64,000 bases of DNA. Origin: Rhodoglobus sp. (GTDB taxonomy: Bacteria; Actinomycetota; Actinomycetes; Actinomycetales; Microbacteriaceae). A program made the translations under genes and the position numbers. A model generated the notes under the pieces. That model saw only the letters and a program-made list of their open reading frames with translations. It did no database searches and had not been told where the DNA came from. Within the stretch, counting starts at the first letter, position 1. Each line of letters opens with the position of its first letter. The stretch is taken from contig JAODLY010000013.1 of the NCBI GenBank assembly GCA_025464445.1, positions 26,188-90,187 of the forward strand. The letters are read 5' to 3'. Of the stretch, positions 1 to 11,010 are shown piece by piece.

Positions 1-1697
1 TGCCCGGCCTGCGTGGAACCCATGATGAGAAAGCTCGTGACATCCCGCGGCGAATTCTCGACCGCCCCACCCCACGCCTCGAGAAACCCGGCGGTGTCGC
101 CCGCGTCGAACGCGAGCTGGGCCCAACCGACATCTCCCACCTCGTCGACCTCGAAGTCGAAGGATGTCGCGATGCCGAAGTTCGCGCCGGCCCCGCGCAT
201 CGCCCAGAACAGGTCAGCGTTCTCGGTGTCACTCGCCCGCAGCACGGATCCGTCGGCGAGCACCACCTCCACCGACCGCATGTGGTCGATGGTGAGGCCG
301 TGCTCGCGCGCGAGCCAGCCGATGCCGCCCGCAGTGGCCAGCCCGCCGACGCCGACACCGCCGTAGTCGCCGGAGCTGAGCGCCCAGCCGTGCTCGGCGA
401 GCTTCGCCGCGACATCCATCCACCTGGCTCCCGCACCGATGCGAACGAGCCGCTTGGCCTCGTCCAGAACTTCGACGGTGTCGAGATGCCCGAGGTCGAT
501 CACGATGCCCCCGTCGTTCGTCGAGCGACCGCTGATGCCATGGCCGCCGCTGCGCACCGCGAGCCTGGCGAACGGGTTGGCCTTCGCGAACGCGAGTGCA
601 TCGACGACCTGTTGCACGTCGCGCACCTGCAACACGAGCCCGGGGCTGCCGCCACGCATGTAGGTGGACTTCACCTGCCGGTACCGAAAGTCGCCCGGTT
701 CGATCGCGCCGCCGGCGAGGGACGCGGGCAGGCTGTCGTAGTCGATGCCGTCGCGGCGGCGCGCCAGGGCTGCCGCACCGCGAGTGTTCGCCTCGACGAT
801 TCCGCGATCGGCGAGCTCGGACGCGACCGCCTCCCGCAGCGCCGGCATGACTTCTTCGGCGAATCGCTGGATCACCGCGGGATCGTCGGCGGCGAGCAGC
901 AACGTGCCCACGCCGTCCTCGATCACGAGCGGCAGCAGCTGCTCGACCCACTGCGCGCTCGGGCCGACAAGCATGCCGCCGGAGGTCGCCGAGAACCGGC
1001 CGCCGACGTTGAGCAGGCGCCGGATCTCGCGGGGGTCGCGGCCGGCGTCCGCGGCGGCCTGGTCGATGGCCGCGTTGCCCGCCGCCAGTTCCCCGGGCGC
1101 CAGGTAGGCGAGGGAGGGCAGCCAGCCGTCGGCTTTCGAGCCGGTGAGCCGCAGCATCCGCGGCTTGTACGCCCCGACCCAGATCGGGATGTCGTGCGTG
1201 GGGGCCGGGCCGCGCTTGGCCCCGGCGAGCGAGTAGTACTCCCCGGCCAGGCGCAGCGGGGCGCGATCGTCGACCGCCCAGATCCCGCGGATCACGTCGA
1301 TCGCCTCCCCGAGCGCGTCGACAGCCTGCCCCGCGGTGAGTCTGCGCCCGCCCATCCCCTCGATCGCGTCCCAGAACCCGCCGGCGCCGAGCCCGAGGTC
1401 GAACCGCCCGCCCGAAAGAAGATCGAGGGATGCCGCGGCGCGCGCCACGACCGCCGGCGGCCGAAGTGGCAGGTTCAGCACGTTCGCCGACACGTGGATG
1501 CGCTCGGTGCGCGCCGCCACCCAGCTCATGAGCGTCCACGTGTCGAGAAACGCGGGCTGGTAGGGATGATCCTGGAATGTCACGAGGTCGAAGCCGAGTT
1601 GCTCGCCCAGCACGGCTCTCTGCACGGCCGCCTGCGGCGGGTCGCTAACTGGGGTGATGAACATCCCGAACTCGAGCGGGTGACCGTAGTGGGGCAT
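1..1697 (-). CDS. LLM-class flavin-dependent oxidoreductase fused to a FAD-binding (PCMH / FAD_binding_4-type) oxidoreductase domain; C-terminus runs off the window
   Basis: Hand translation of the minus strand from ATG at 1697 gives MPHYGHPLEFGMFITPVSDPPQAAVQRAVLGEQLGFDLVTFQDHPY (LLM-type N-terminus). The same frame at about 660-370 reads GLVLQVRDVQQVVDALAFAKANPFARLAVRSGGHGISGRSTNDGGIVIDLGHL...ARWMDVAAKLAEHGWALSSGDYGG (FAD_binding_4-like). It is absent from the ORF track, which is consistent with no in-window stop. Confidence 0.75.
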   Translation of the reverse strand, partial: MPHYGHPLEFGMFITPVSDPPQAAVQRAVLGEQLGFDLVTFQDHPYQPAFLDTWTLMSWVAARTERIHVSANVLNLPLRPPAVVARAAASLDLLSGGRFDLGLGAGGFWDAIEGMGGRRLTAGQAVDALGEAIDVIRGIWAVDDRAPLRLAGEYYSLAGAKRGPAPTHDIPIWVGAYKPRMLRLTGSKADGWLPSLAYLAPGELAAGNAAIDQAAADAGRDPREIRRLLNVGGRFSATSGGMLVGPSAQWVEQLLPLVIEDGVGTLLLAADDPAVIQRFAEEVMPALREAVASELADRGIVEANTRGAAALARRRDGIDYDSLPASLAGGAIEPGDFRYRQVKSTYMRGGSPGLVLQVRDVQQVVDALAFAKANPFARLAVRSGGHGISGRSTNDGGIVIDLGHLDTVEVLDEAKRLVRIGAGARWMDVAAKLAEHGWALSSGDYGGVGVGGLATAGGIGWLAREHGLTIDHMRSVEVVLADGSVLRASDTENADLFWAMRGAGANFGIATSFDFEVDEVGDVGWAQLAFDAGDTAGFLEAWGGAVENSPRDVTSFLIMGSTQAG

Positions 1698-1761
1698 GCT
1701 TCCACCTTGCCGCGCGGTGTCCGGTTTGGCAAACAGTAGGTAAGCGACTTACTATTGGTTA

Positions 1762-2148
1762 GTGAACACCCTCCTGCACGGCATCGATGACAACGAGTGC
1801 CGCCGCTTCCAATCGTCGGTCGAACTCGTGGGCAAGCGATGGAACTCGGGCATCCTGCTGGCGATCGCGCGCGACTCGACCCGGTTCTCCGAGATCCTCT
1901 CGGCCGTGACGGGGCTCTCCGACAGGCTGCTCGCGCAGCGCCTGAAAGAGCTCGAGTTCTCCGGGCTCGTCGCCAGGGAGGTCGTCGCGAGCACCCCCGT
2001 GCAGGTGCGCTACCGCCTGACCGAGCGCGGCGCCGACCTCATGGATTCGCTGCAGCCGATGGTCGAGTGGGGCCAGCGTTGGGCACGCCCCCGTGCGACC
2101 GCGACAGTGGGCCCTACCGGGCTCGAACCGATGACATCCACGGTGTAA
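1762..2148 (+). CDS. HxlR-family winged-helix transcriptional regulator
   Basis: The 128-aa ORF contains CRRFQSSVELVGKRWNSGILLAIARDSTRFSEILSAVTGLSDRLLAQRLKELEFSGLVAREV...VRYRLTERG, the typical HxlR signature. It is divergent from the oxidoreductase gene. Its last 41 nt overlap tRNA-Val on the opposite strand. Confidence 0.85.
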   Translation: MNTLLHGIDDNECRRFQSSVELVGKRWNSGILLAIARDSTRFSEILSAVTGLSDRLLAQRLKELEFSGLVAREVVASTPVQVRYRLTERGADLMDSLQPMVEWGQRWARPRATATVGPTGLEPMTSTV

Positions 2149-2180
2149 ACGTGGCGCTCTACCAACTGAGCTAAAGGCCC
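2108..2180 (-). tRNA. tRNA-Val (anticodon TAC)
   Basis: The minus strand reads GGGCCTTTAGCTCAGTTGGTAGAGCGCCACGTTTACACCGTGGATGTCATCGGTTCGAGCCCGGTAGGGCCCA. It folds as a cloverleaf with a 7-bp acceptor stem, GCTC/GAGC D stem, CCACG/CGTGG anticodon stem, TTTACAC loop and TTCGAGC T loop. CCA is not encoded. Confidence 0.95.
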
Positions 2181-2250
2181 GTCAAGCCGCATGCCACGCT
2201 CGTGGCGGTGCGGTGACGCTCGTCAATGGTACAGGCATACACTTCCGGTC

Positions 2251-2910
2251 ATGGCAGCCAATTCGACCCCGCAAATGCACTCAGAGCACCGATTTCCTGT
2301 ACTCGTTGCGACGCTGGCGGCTCTCGGGGTGTATCTCCTGCTCCCGAATTCCATCACCTTCCTCCCCTCATGGATCGTCCCGGCCGCCGGCGTGATCGTG
2401 CTCGTGCCGCTCGTGCTGGTGAACCCGCGCAGGCTCGACCGCGAGACGACATGGTCGCGCTGGATCGGGGTGGCGTTCGCGGTCGGGCTCGCGGGCATAA
2501 ACCAGGTGTACATCGTGCTCATCTTGCGGGAGTTGCTCAACGGCAAGGCGACAGGCAGCGGGGTGCTGCTCACCGCCGCCGGCGTCTGGATCACGAATGT
2601 CGCCGCATTCGCGCTCGTCTACTGGGAGATCGACAAGGGCGGCCCCATCGCCCGTCGGCTCGAAGGCCTGAAAGACGACGCCCAACAGGACTTCCGCTTT
2701 CCGCAGCAGGACAACACGATCGGCGTCGAGGGGTGGATGCCCGAGTTCTTCGACTACGCCTACTTCTCGCTGACGAACATGATGGCGTTCAGCCCGACGG
2801 ATGTGATGCCGCTCACCCAGCGCGCCAAGGGACTCATGGCCTACCAGGCCCTCACCGGATTCGTCATTCTCGCACTCGTCATTTCTCGCGCTGTCAACAT
2901 CCTGACGTGA
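2251..2910 (+). CDS. DUF1345-family integral membrane protein (copy 1 of a tandem pair)
   Basis: Motifs ITNVAAFALVYWEIDKGGP, DFRFPQQD and FFDYAYFSLTNMMAFSPTDVMPLTQRAKGLMAYQAL match DUF1345. The ORF is open from 2191. I chose the ATG at 2251 by alignment with the paralog's N-terminus, so the start is uncertain (2191, 2251 or 2275). Confidence 0.75.
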   Translation: MAANSTPQMHSEHRFPVLVATLAALGVYLLLPNSITFLPSWIVPAAGVIVLVPLVLVNPRRLDRETTWSRWIGVAFAVGLAGINQVYIVLILRELLNGKATGSGVLLTAAGVWITNVAAFALVYWEIDKGGPIARRLEGLKDDAQQDFRFPQQDNTIGVEGWMPEFFDYAYFSLTNMMAFSPTDVMPLTQRAKGLMAYQALTGFVILALVISRAVNILT

Positions 2911-2937
2911 GGTTCTTGCCCCGCATACACTCTGCAA

Positions 2938-3636
2938 GTGGTGACGAAACGGATCGAACGGGAAGCGCGCGCGGAACCCCGATGGCCGGCTGTCGCCGCC
3001 ATCCTTGTCGCACTCACGCTCTACGGTCTGCTCCCCAGCAGCTTCCTGCCTCTCCTGCGGATCAGCGTCGTGATCATCGGCCTCGCGTTGCTCATCCCGG
3101 TGGTCGCCATCAACCCGGTGAAGCTCAAGCGGCAGACCCCATGGTCGCGGCGCATTTCCGTGACCCTGACGATGCTGCTCGCCGTCGCGAATCAGGTCGC
3201 CCTCGTGCAACTCATCGTGCAGTTGCTGCAGTCCGGGTCGAAAGCGGAAGCCCCTGTGCTGCTGCTCGCAGCGGTGCAGGTTTGGTCGACGAATATCATC
3301 GTCTTCGCGCTCATCTACTGGGACCTCGACCGCGGCGGGCCGGTGACGCGTACCCAGGCAGAGCGCCGCGACCTGCCTGAAGCGGATTTCCGCTTTCCTC
3401 AGGACGAGGACTACGACACGGTCAGGGAGGTCGTGATCGGCTCATCCAAGAAGTCGGACTGGACTGCGAACTTCATCGACTACCTGTACTTCTCGCTGTC
3501 GAACTCCATGGCCTTCAGCCCGCCGGATGCCGTGCCCCTCACGAACCGCGCGAAGATCGTCGTCGGCTTCGAGGCCCTCGGCGCGTACGTGTTGCTCGTG
3601 CTCGTGATCGCCCGCGCGGTCTCGCTGCTCGGCTGA
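2938..3636 (+). CDS. DUF1345-family integral membrane protein (copy 2)
   Basis: The 232-aa ORF is collinear with copy 1, with motifs STNIIVFALIYWDLDRGGP, DFRFPQDED and FIDYLYFSLSNSMAFSPPDAVPLTNRAK. Confidence 0.8.
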   Translation: MVTKRIEREARAEPRWPAVAAILVALTLYGLLPSSFLPLLRISVVIIGLALLIPVVAINPVKLKRQTPWSRRISVTLTMLLAVANQVALVQLIVQLLQSGSKAEAPVLLLAAVQVWSTNIIVFALIYWDLDRGGPVTRTQAERRDLPEADFRFPQDEDYDTVREVVIGSSKKSDWTANFIDYLYFSLSNSMAFSPPDAVPLTNRAKIVVGFEALGAYVLLVLVIARAVSLLG

Positions 3637-3661
3637 GGCCGGCGGGCATACACTCGCCCGC

Positions 3662-4105
3662 ATGACTTCACGCACCCCGGTTTCAAATTGGCACACCGAA
3701 CACAAAGCGACCCTGACCCGCGGGCAGCGCGCCGCCGACATCATGCGCAACGGAATGGGCAGTTGGCCGTTCGTCGGTGGCTTCATCCTGTTCATGATCA
3801 TCTGGGCGATCATCAACTCGACGGCGGCCAGGTGGGACCCGTACCCGGTCATCCTGCTCAACCTGTTCCTGAGCATGCTGGCGGGTATGCAGGGCGCGAT
3901 CCTGCTCATCGCCGCGAAGCGCCAGGATGCTCTCGCGGCCGCGCTCGCCAAGCACGACTACGACACCAATGTCACGGCCAAGAAAGACATCGAGAGCCTG
4001 CTCGAGATCAACCGCAAGCAGTACGAGATCGTCTGCGAGTTGCAGGAAGTGCTGCACCGCCTCGACATCACACCCCCGAAGGGCGCGGCCCTCAAGCTGG
4101 GCTAG
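3662..4105 (+). CDS. DUF1003-family membrane protein
   Basis: The 147-aa ORF contains GSWPFVGGFILFMIIWAIINS...WDPYPVILLNLFLSMLAGMQGAILLIAAKRQD, followed by a C-terminal coiled-coil-like tail, as is typical of DUF1003. Confidence 0.8.
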   Translation: MTSRTPVSNWHTEHKATLTRGQRAADIMRNGMGSWPFVGGFILFMIIWAIINSTAARWDPYPVILLNLFLSMLAGMQGAILLIAAKRQDALAAALAKHDYDTNVTAKKDIESLLEINRKQYEIVCELQEVLHRLDITPPKGAALKLG

Positions 4106-4584
4106 ACGCGCGCGACGTGCAATTCCGCGAGAGCCGCGGTGTATTCATCGAGTGAGCGGGCCTGGCCCGGCGCCGTGACGAAACTGGCGCGGATGACGCC
4201 GTCAATATCCACGAGGAACGTGGCGCGGTTAGCGAACCCCTTCTCGTCCAGGAAGACGCCGTACTCCCTGGCCACTTCACCGTGCGGCCAGAAGTCGGCG
4301 AGCAGCGGGAAGTCGTAGCCTTCGGCGTCGGCGAACGCGCGCAGCGTCGCCTTCGAGTCGACCGAGATGCCGATGAGTTCGACACCCTCGGTCTTGAAGA
4401 GGTTGAGGTTGTCGCGTAGCTCGCACAGCTCGGTCGTGCATGTGCTGGAGAACGCCAACGGGAAGAACACGAGCGCTACCGGCTTCTTGCCGCGAAAGTC
4501 ACTGAGTCGAATGTGCTCCCCGAACTGGTTGGCCAATTCGAAGTCGGGAGCGGTGATGTCGTTTACGAGTGCCATACGAGGCAT
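4102..4584 (-). CDS. ahpE: peroxiredoxin, AhpE-like (AhpC/TSA family)
   Basis: The sequence [47 protein letters not shown] carries the peroxidatic Cys in an FPLAFSxxC context like mycobacterial AhpE. The gene is divergent from aceE, as in M. tuberculosis. The start could instead be the ATG at 4575. Confidence 0.85.
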   Translation of the reverse strand: MPRMALVNDITAPDFELANQFGEHIRLSDFRGKKPVALVFFPLAFSSTCTTELCELRDNLNLFKTEGVELIGISVDSKATLRAFADAEGYDFPLLADFWPHGEVAREYGVFLDEKGFANRATFLVDIDGVIRASFVTAPGQARSLDEYTAALAELHVARV

Positions 4585-4746
4585 TTCCTTCCGTGCCCGG
4601 ACCCACGTCTAACAGGCACGATGGGCAATCATACCCCTGCGCCGAACACCATGAAACCGACAACTAGAATCGATGGGCGTAGTAGATCGCGACAATCGCA
4701 ACCCGACGGTCGTGACCACCATCTCTCTACAAGAAAGAAGTCAGCG

Positions 4747-7473
<2,727 letters not shown>

Positions 7474-7479
7474 GTCGCG

Positions 7480-8685
7480 GTGGCGCAGAAGACCAAGGAG
7501 CAGACCCTCGCGTGGCTGCGGACGATCTCCGGCGAGCTCGCCACGGCCACGATCAAGCGGCTGGATGACACGCTGCCCTGGTACGGCAACATGCCGCCTG
7601 GGCGACGCTCCGCCGTCGGGCTCGTCGCCCAGGCCGGCATCACGAGTTTCATCAGCTGGTTCGAGGACCCGACATCCACTCCGTGGATCGCCGCCGACGT
7701 GTTCGGGGCGGCGCCGCGGGAGCTTCTGAGATCGGTGTCGCTGCAGCAGACGCTGCAACTCATCCGCATCACGGTGGAGGTCGTCGAGGAGCGCGTCAAA
7801 GACGGCGACAGCGTCTTCCGCGAGGCGATCCTGCTCTACTCCCGCGAGATCGCGTTCGCTGCTGCGGACGTCTACGCCCGCGCGGCCGAAGCGCGTGGAC
7901 TGTGGGATGCCCGCCTCGAAGCACTCGTCGTCGACTCGATCCTCTCCGGCGAGTACGACAACGAACTGCCGTCACGCATCGCGGCCCTGGGCTGGAACGG
8001 GCACGGCGAGGTGTGCGTGCTCGTCGGCACCGCGCCGAAGATGCTCGACGTCGACCAGCTGCGCCGCACCGCACGCCACCTCGACGCCGACGTGCTCATC
8101 GGGGTGCAGGGCAGCCGCCTCGTGCTCGTGATCGGCAGGGCGAGCCCCACCAAACCCGACGACCCGGCGAAGCCGGACGGCGCTGACGCCCAGGCGCCCA
8201 TGCCGTTCCTGGCCATCGCCGAGCAACTCGAGCCGGGGTTCGGGCCCGGCCACCTCGTGCTCGGCCATGAGGTGCCGAGCCTCGTCGACGCATCCAAGAG
8301 CGCCAAGGGGGCCCTGGCCGGCTTCGCCGTCGCCCGCTCCTGGCGCAACGCGCCACGGCCCACCCTCGCCGACGACCTGCTGCCCGAACGCGCATTCGCG
8401 GGCGACCCGCTGGCCCGCTCGACACTCATCAACAAGATCTACCGGCCGTTGCAGGCGCACTCCACCGACCTGCTCGCGACGCTCTGGTGCTACCTGGACA
8501 ACGGCCGCTCACTCGAGGCGACAGCGCGTGAGCTGTTCGTGCATCCCAACACCGTCCGCTACCGCCTCAAGCGGATCAGCGACGTGATCGGCTGGGATGC
8601 CACGGGCGCCCGGGAGGCGCTCATCCTGCAGTCTGCCCTCATCGTGGGCTCGATCGCCGACCCGGACTCCGCGAAGCGTCGCTGA
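7480..8685 (+). CDS. PucR-family transcriptional regulator, FasR/MabR-like (fatty-acid synthase II regulator)
   Basis: The 401-aa ORF has a C-terminal PucR HTH (ATARELFVHPNTVRYRLKRISDVIGWD). Its position immediately upstream of fabD matches Streptomyces FasR and M. tuberculosis MabR. Confidence 0.85.
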   Translation: MAQKTKEQTLAWLRTISGELATATIKRLDDTLPWYGNMPPGRRSAVGLVAQAGITSFISWFEDPTSTPWIAADVFGAAPRELLRSVSLQQTLQLIRITVEVVEERVKDGDSVFREAILLYSREIAFAAADVYARAAEARGLWDARLEALVVDSILSGEYDNELPSRIAALGWNGHGEVCVLVGTAPKMLDVDQLRRTARHLDADVLIGVQGSRLVLVIGRASPTKPDDPAKPDGADAQAPMPFLAIAEQLEPGFGPGHLVLGHEVPSLVDASKSAKGALAGFAVARSWRNAPRPTLADDLLPERAFAGDPLARSTLINKIYRPLQAHSTDLLATLWCYLDNGRSLEATARELFVHPNTVRYRLKRISDVIGWDATGAREALILQSALIVGSIADPDSAKRR

Positions 8686-8743
8686 CAGCGCGGCACGGCG
8701 CCGGCGGCCGCACGGCGCCGGTGCCGGTGCCGCCTCGCCCTCT

Positions 8744-8843
8744 CGCGCCTTTCGAAAATTCAGGACTTTGGCAAGTAACAGCCCCGTTGTGTGCTCGAAA
8801 CGCGGGGATTCATCCGGAAAGTCCTGAATTTTCGAAGGGCGCG
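8744..8843. repeat. 100-bp palindromic unit E1 of the TTTCGGAAATTCAGGACTT repeat family
   Basis: The left arm CGCGCCTTTCGAAAATTCAGGACTTT (8744-8769) and right arm AAAGTCCTGAATTTTCGAAGGGCGCG (8818-8843) are reverse complements with 1 mismatch in 26. An internal CCCCG...CGGGG hairpin is present. The same core motif recurs at 49715-49813 and 50786-50880. Confidence 0.85.
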
Positions 8844-8873
8844 TCGCTGCGGCAGCTCTGCGGGCCTCGGCCC

Positions 8874-8948
8874 AAAACGCAGGAGATGCGTACCGTGGTC
8901 GTCGAAAACGACGGGAACAGCCCGTGCGAGGGCGATCTCCTGCGTTTT
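8874..8948. promoter_or_regulatory. perfect 14-bp inverted repeat AAAACGCAGGAGAT / ATCTCCTGCGTTTT (47-nt spacer) upstream of fabD; candidate operator or leader structure
   Basis: Read directly from the sequence at 8874-8887 and 8935-8948. A nested CGTCG-AAAA-CGACG hairpin lies at about 8900-8913. The repeat is 100-175 nt upstream of the fabD start. Confidence 0.35.
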
Positions 8949-9049
8949 CGTCGGGATGCCCGTGCCTTTGAACGCATCGCACAACGATTCGAGCCGTTCT
9001 TGGGATGTCCGCCCCAGCGCGGCACGCGAATCGTTGGCAGACTAGAGCG

Positions 9050-9970
9050 GTGATCGTCATCGTCGCGCCCGGCCAGGGCTCCCAGACTCCCGGCTTCCTC
9101 GAACCCTGGCTCGCCGAGCCGGGATTCCGCGAGCACCTGGAGGCCATCTCCGACGGCGTGCAGATCGATCTCGTGGCCCATGGCACGACGAGCGACGCGG
9201 ACACCATCCGCGACACCAAGGTCGCCCAGCCGCTCATCGTCGCGGCGGGGCTGCTCACGCTGGGCGCGCTCTTCGCCGACGGCCGGCGCGAGAAGGTGGG
9301 CGGGGTCGCGGGCCACTCCGTCGGCGAGGTCACCGCCGCGGCCGCCGCCGGCATCCTCTCCGAAACCGACGCGGTGAGCTTCGTGCGCGAGCGCGGGCGG
9401 GCGATGGCGGATGCCGCGGCCCTCGAGCCCACCGGAATGTCCGCCGTCGTCGGCGGCGACGAGGCCGCCCTGCTCGAGCGTCTCGCTGAGCTCGGCCTGC
9501 AGCCCGCGAACTTCAACGGTGGAGGACAGCTCGTGGTCGCTGGCGCCCTCGACGCCCTCGCCCGACTTGCGGAGAACCCGCCCGCGGGCAGCAGGGTCAT
9601 CCCGTTGCAGGTCGCCGGCGCGTTCCACACCCGGTACATGCAGCCCGCGGTGGGCATCCTCGAGTTGTTCGCCGCCGGCCTGGAGAAACTCGACCCGACG
9701 CTGCCGATCTGGACGAACCGGGACGGGTCGCGGGTCGAAAGCGGCAGCCATTTCGTCAAGCTGATGGTCGGGCAGGTGTCCTCTCCCGTGCGGTGGGACC
9801 TCGTCATGGATTCACTCGGCGCCTCCGGCGTTACCGGTATTGTCGAGCTGGCGCCGGCCGGTGCACTCGTCGGCCTCGCCAAGCGCGGGCTGAAGGGCAT
9901 CCCGTCGGTCGCTGTGAAGACCCCTGACGACCTGGCCGCGGCATTCGCGATGATCGATGGAGACAACTGA
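9050..9970 (+). CDS. fabD: ACP S-malonyltransferase
   Basis: Motifs include VIVIVAPGQGSQTPGFLEPW and the active-site GHSVGE. The gene is followed by fabH with an ATGA-type overlap. The track ORF starts at 9005. I prefer the GTG at 9050, which gives the usual N-terminus directly before PGQGSQ. Confidence 0.9.
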   Translation: MIVIVAPGQGSQTPGFLEPWLAEPGFREHLEAISDGVQIDLVAHGTTSDADTIRDTKVAQPLIVAAGLLTLGALFADGRREKVGGVAGHSVGEVTAAAAAGILSETDAVSFVRERGRAMADAAALEPTGMSAVVGGDEAALLERLAELGLQPANFNGGGQLVVAGALDALARLAENPPAGSRVIPLQVAGAFHTRYMQPAVGILELFAAGLEKLDPTLPIWTNRDGSRVESGSHFVKLMVGQVSSPVRWDLVMDSLGASGVTGIVELAPAGALVGLAKRGLKGIPSVAVKTPDDLAAAFAMIDGDN

Positions 9971-10968
9971 TGGCCACGCTCAAGCAATCCCACGGCGTGG
10001 AGTTCACACGTATTTACAGCTATGGCGCCGCGCGCGGCGATCTCGTCGTTCCCAATGAGGATCTCATCGGGCCCATCGATTCGAGCGACGAGTGGATTCG
10101 GCAGCGCACCGGCGTGATCACCCGAACCCGGGCATCCGCCGGCATCCTCGCTGTCGACCTCGCCACGGATGCCGCCAACGAGGCGATCGCCAAGTCCGGT
10201 GTGGCCGCGGACAAGATCGATCTCGTCATCATCGCGACCATCGGCAACGTGCAGCAAACGCCGTCGATGGCGGCTGTCGTGGCCGATCGCGTGGGGGCCA
10301 ACCCCGCCGCCGCGTACGACTCGAACGCGGCGTGCGCCGGGTTCAGTTATGGCGTGACCCAGGCGGATGCCCTGATCCGAGCGGGAGCTGCCCACTACGC
10401 GCTCGTGATCGGCGCCGAGAAGCTCTCCGACGTCGTCGACCCCACCGACCGCACCATCTCGTTCCTGCTGGGCGATGGTGCCGGCGCCGTCGTGATCGGC
10501 CCGAGCGACACCCCCGGCATTTCCGCTGCTGTATGGGGTTCGGACGGTTCAAAGGCCGGCTCGGTGGGAATGAACGCGACCCTCGTCGACTTCCGGGATG
10601 GGGCTGCCGCCTGGCCCACGCTGCGCCAGGATGGCCAGACGGTGTTCCGCTGGGCGGTGTGGGAGATGGCGAAGGTCGCGAAGCAGGCGCTCGAGGTCGC
10701 GGGCATCACAGCGGATGACCTCGCGGCATTCGTGCCGCACCAGGCGAACATGCGGATCATCGACGAGCTCGCCAAGCAGCTCAAGCTGCCCGAATCCGTG
10801 ATCATCGGTCGCGACATCGAGACGACGGGCAACACGAGCGCCGCCTCGATCCCGCTCGCCACCCACCGGCTGCTGCAGGAGCATCCCGAACTCAGCGGCG
10901 GCCTGGCCCTGCAGATCGGCTTCGGCGCCGGGCTGGTGTTCGGCGCGCAGGTGGTAGTGCTCCCGTAA
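9970..10968 (+). CDS. fabH: beta-ketoacyl-ACP synthase III
   Basis: The 332-aa ORF contains the NAACAGF active-site Cys context, FVPHQANMRII and GNTSAASIPLA. Confidence 0.95.
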   Translation: MATLKQSHGVEFTRIYSYGAARGDLVVPNEDLIGPIDSSDEWIRQRTGVITRTRASAGILAVDLATDAANEAIAKSGVAADKIDLVIIATIGNVQQTPSMAAVVADRVGANPAAAYDSNAACAGFSYGVTQADALIRAGAAHYALVIGAEKLSDVVDPTDRTISFLLGDGAGAVVIGPSDTPGISAAVWGSDGSKAGSVGMNATLVDFRDGAAAWPTLRQDGQTVFRWAVWEMAKVAKQALEVAGITADDLAAFVPHQANMRIIDELAKQLKLPESVIIGRDIETTGNTSAASIPLATHRLLQEHPELSGGLALQIGFGAGLVFGAQVVVLP

Positions 10969-11010
10969 GCTGTAACACGGTCAAATCACATCCCCCAAGG
11001 AGAAAACACA

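Noticed and set aside
229-1739. ORFs 229..1539 (-) and 282..1739 (+) of 436-485 aa
   Set aside because: Both are out of frame or antisense to the LLM/FAD-binding oxidoreductase ORF, whose translation shows clear family motifs. The products are Arg/Gly/Pro-rich nonsense.
4513-4746. N-terminal 78-aa extension of aceE in the ORF track
   Set aside because: It would overlap the divergent ahpE start and promoter, and the sequence is not AceE-like. The GTG at 4747 with an upstream purine-rich RBS gives a normal-length E1.
8721-9053. ORFs in the regulator-fabD spacer (8721..9053 +, 8760..8984 -, 8791..9045 +)
   Set aside because: They run through palindromic repeat E1 and the other inverted repeats. 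They mutually overlap in several frames, lack RBSs and lack gene-like codon bias. I treat the region as non-coding regulatory DNA.
8509-10395. 628-aa minus-strand ORF spanning the regulator 3' end, the intergenic region, fabD and the start of fabH
   Set aside because: It is antisense to genes with unmistakable FabD/FabH motifs. The product is Arg/Ala/Pro/Ser-rich and low in complexity. This is a typical stop-codon-poor antisense frame in high-GC DNA.
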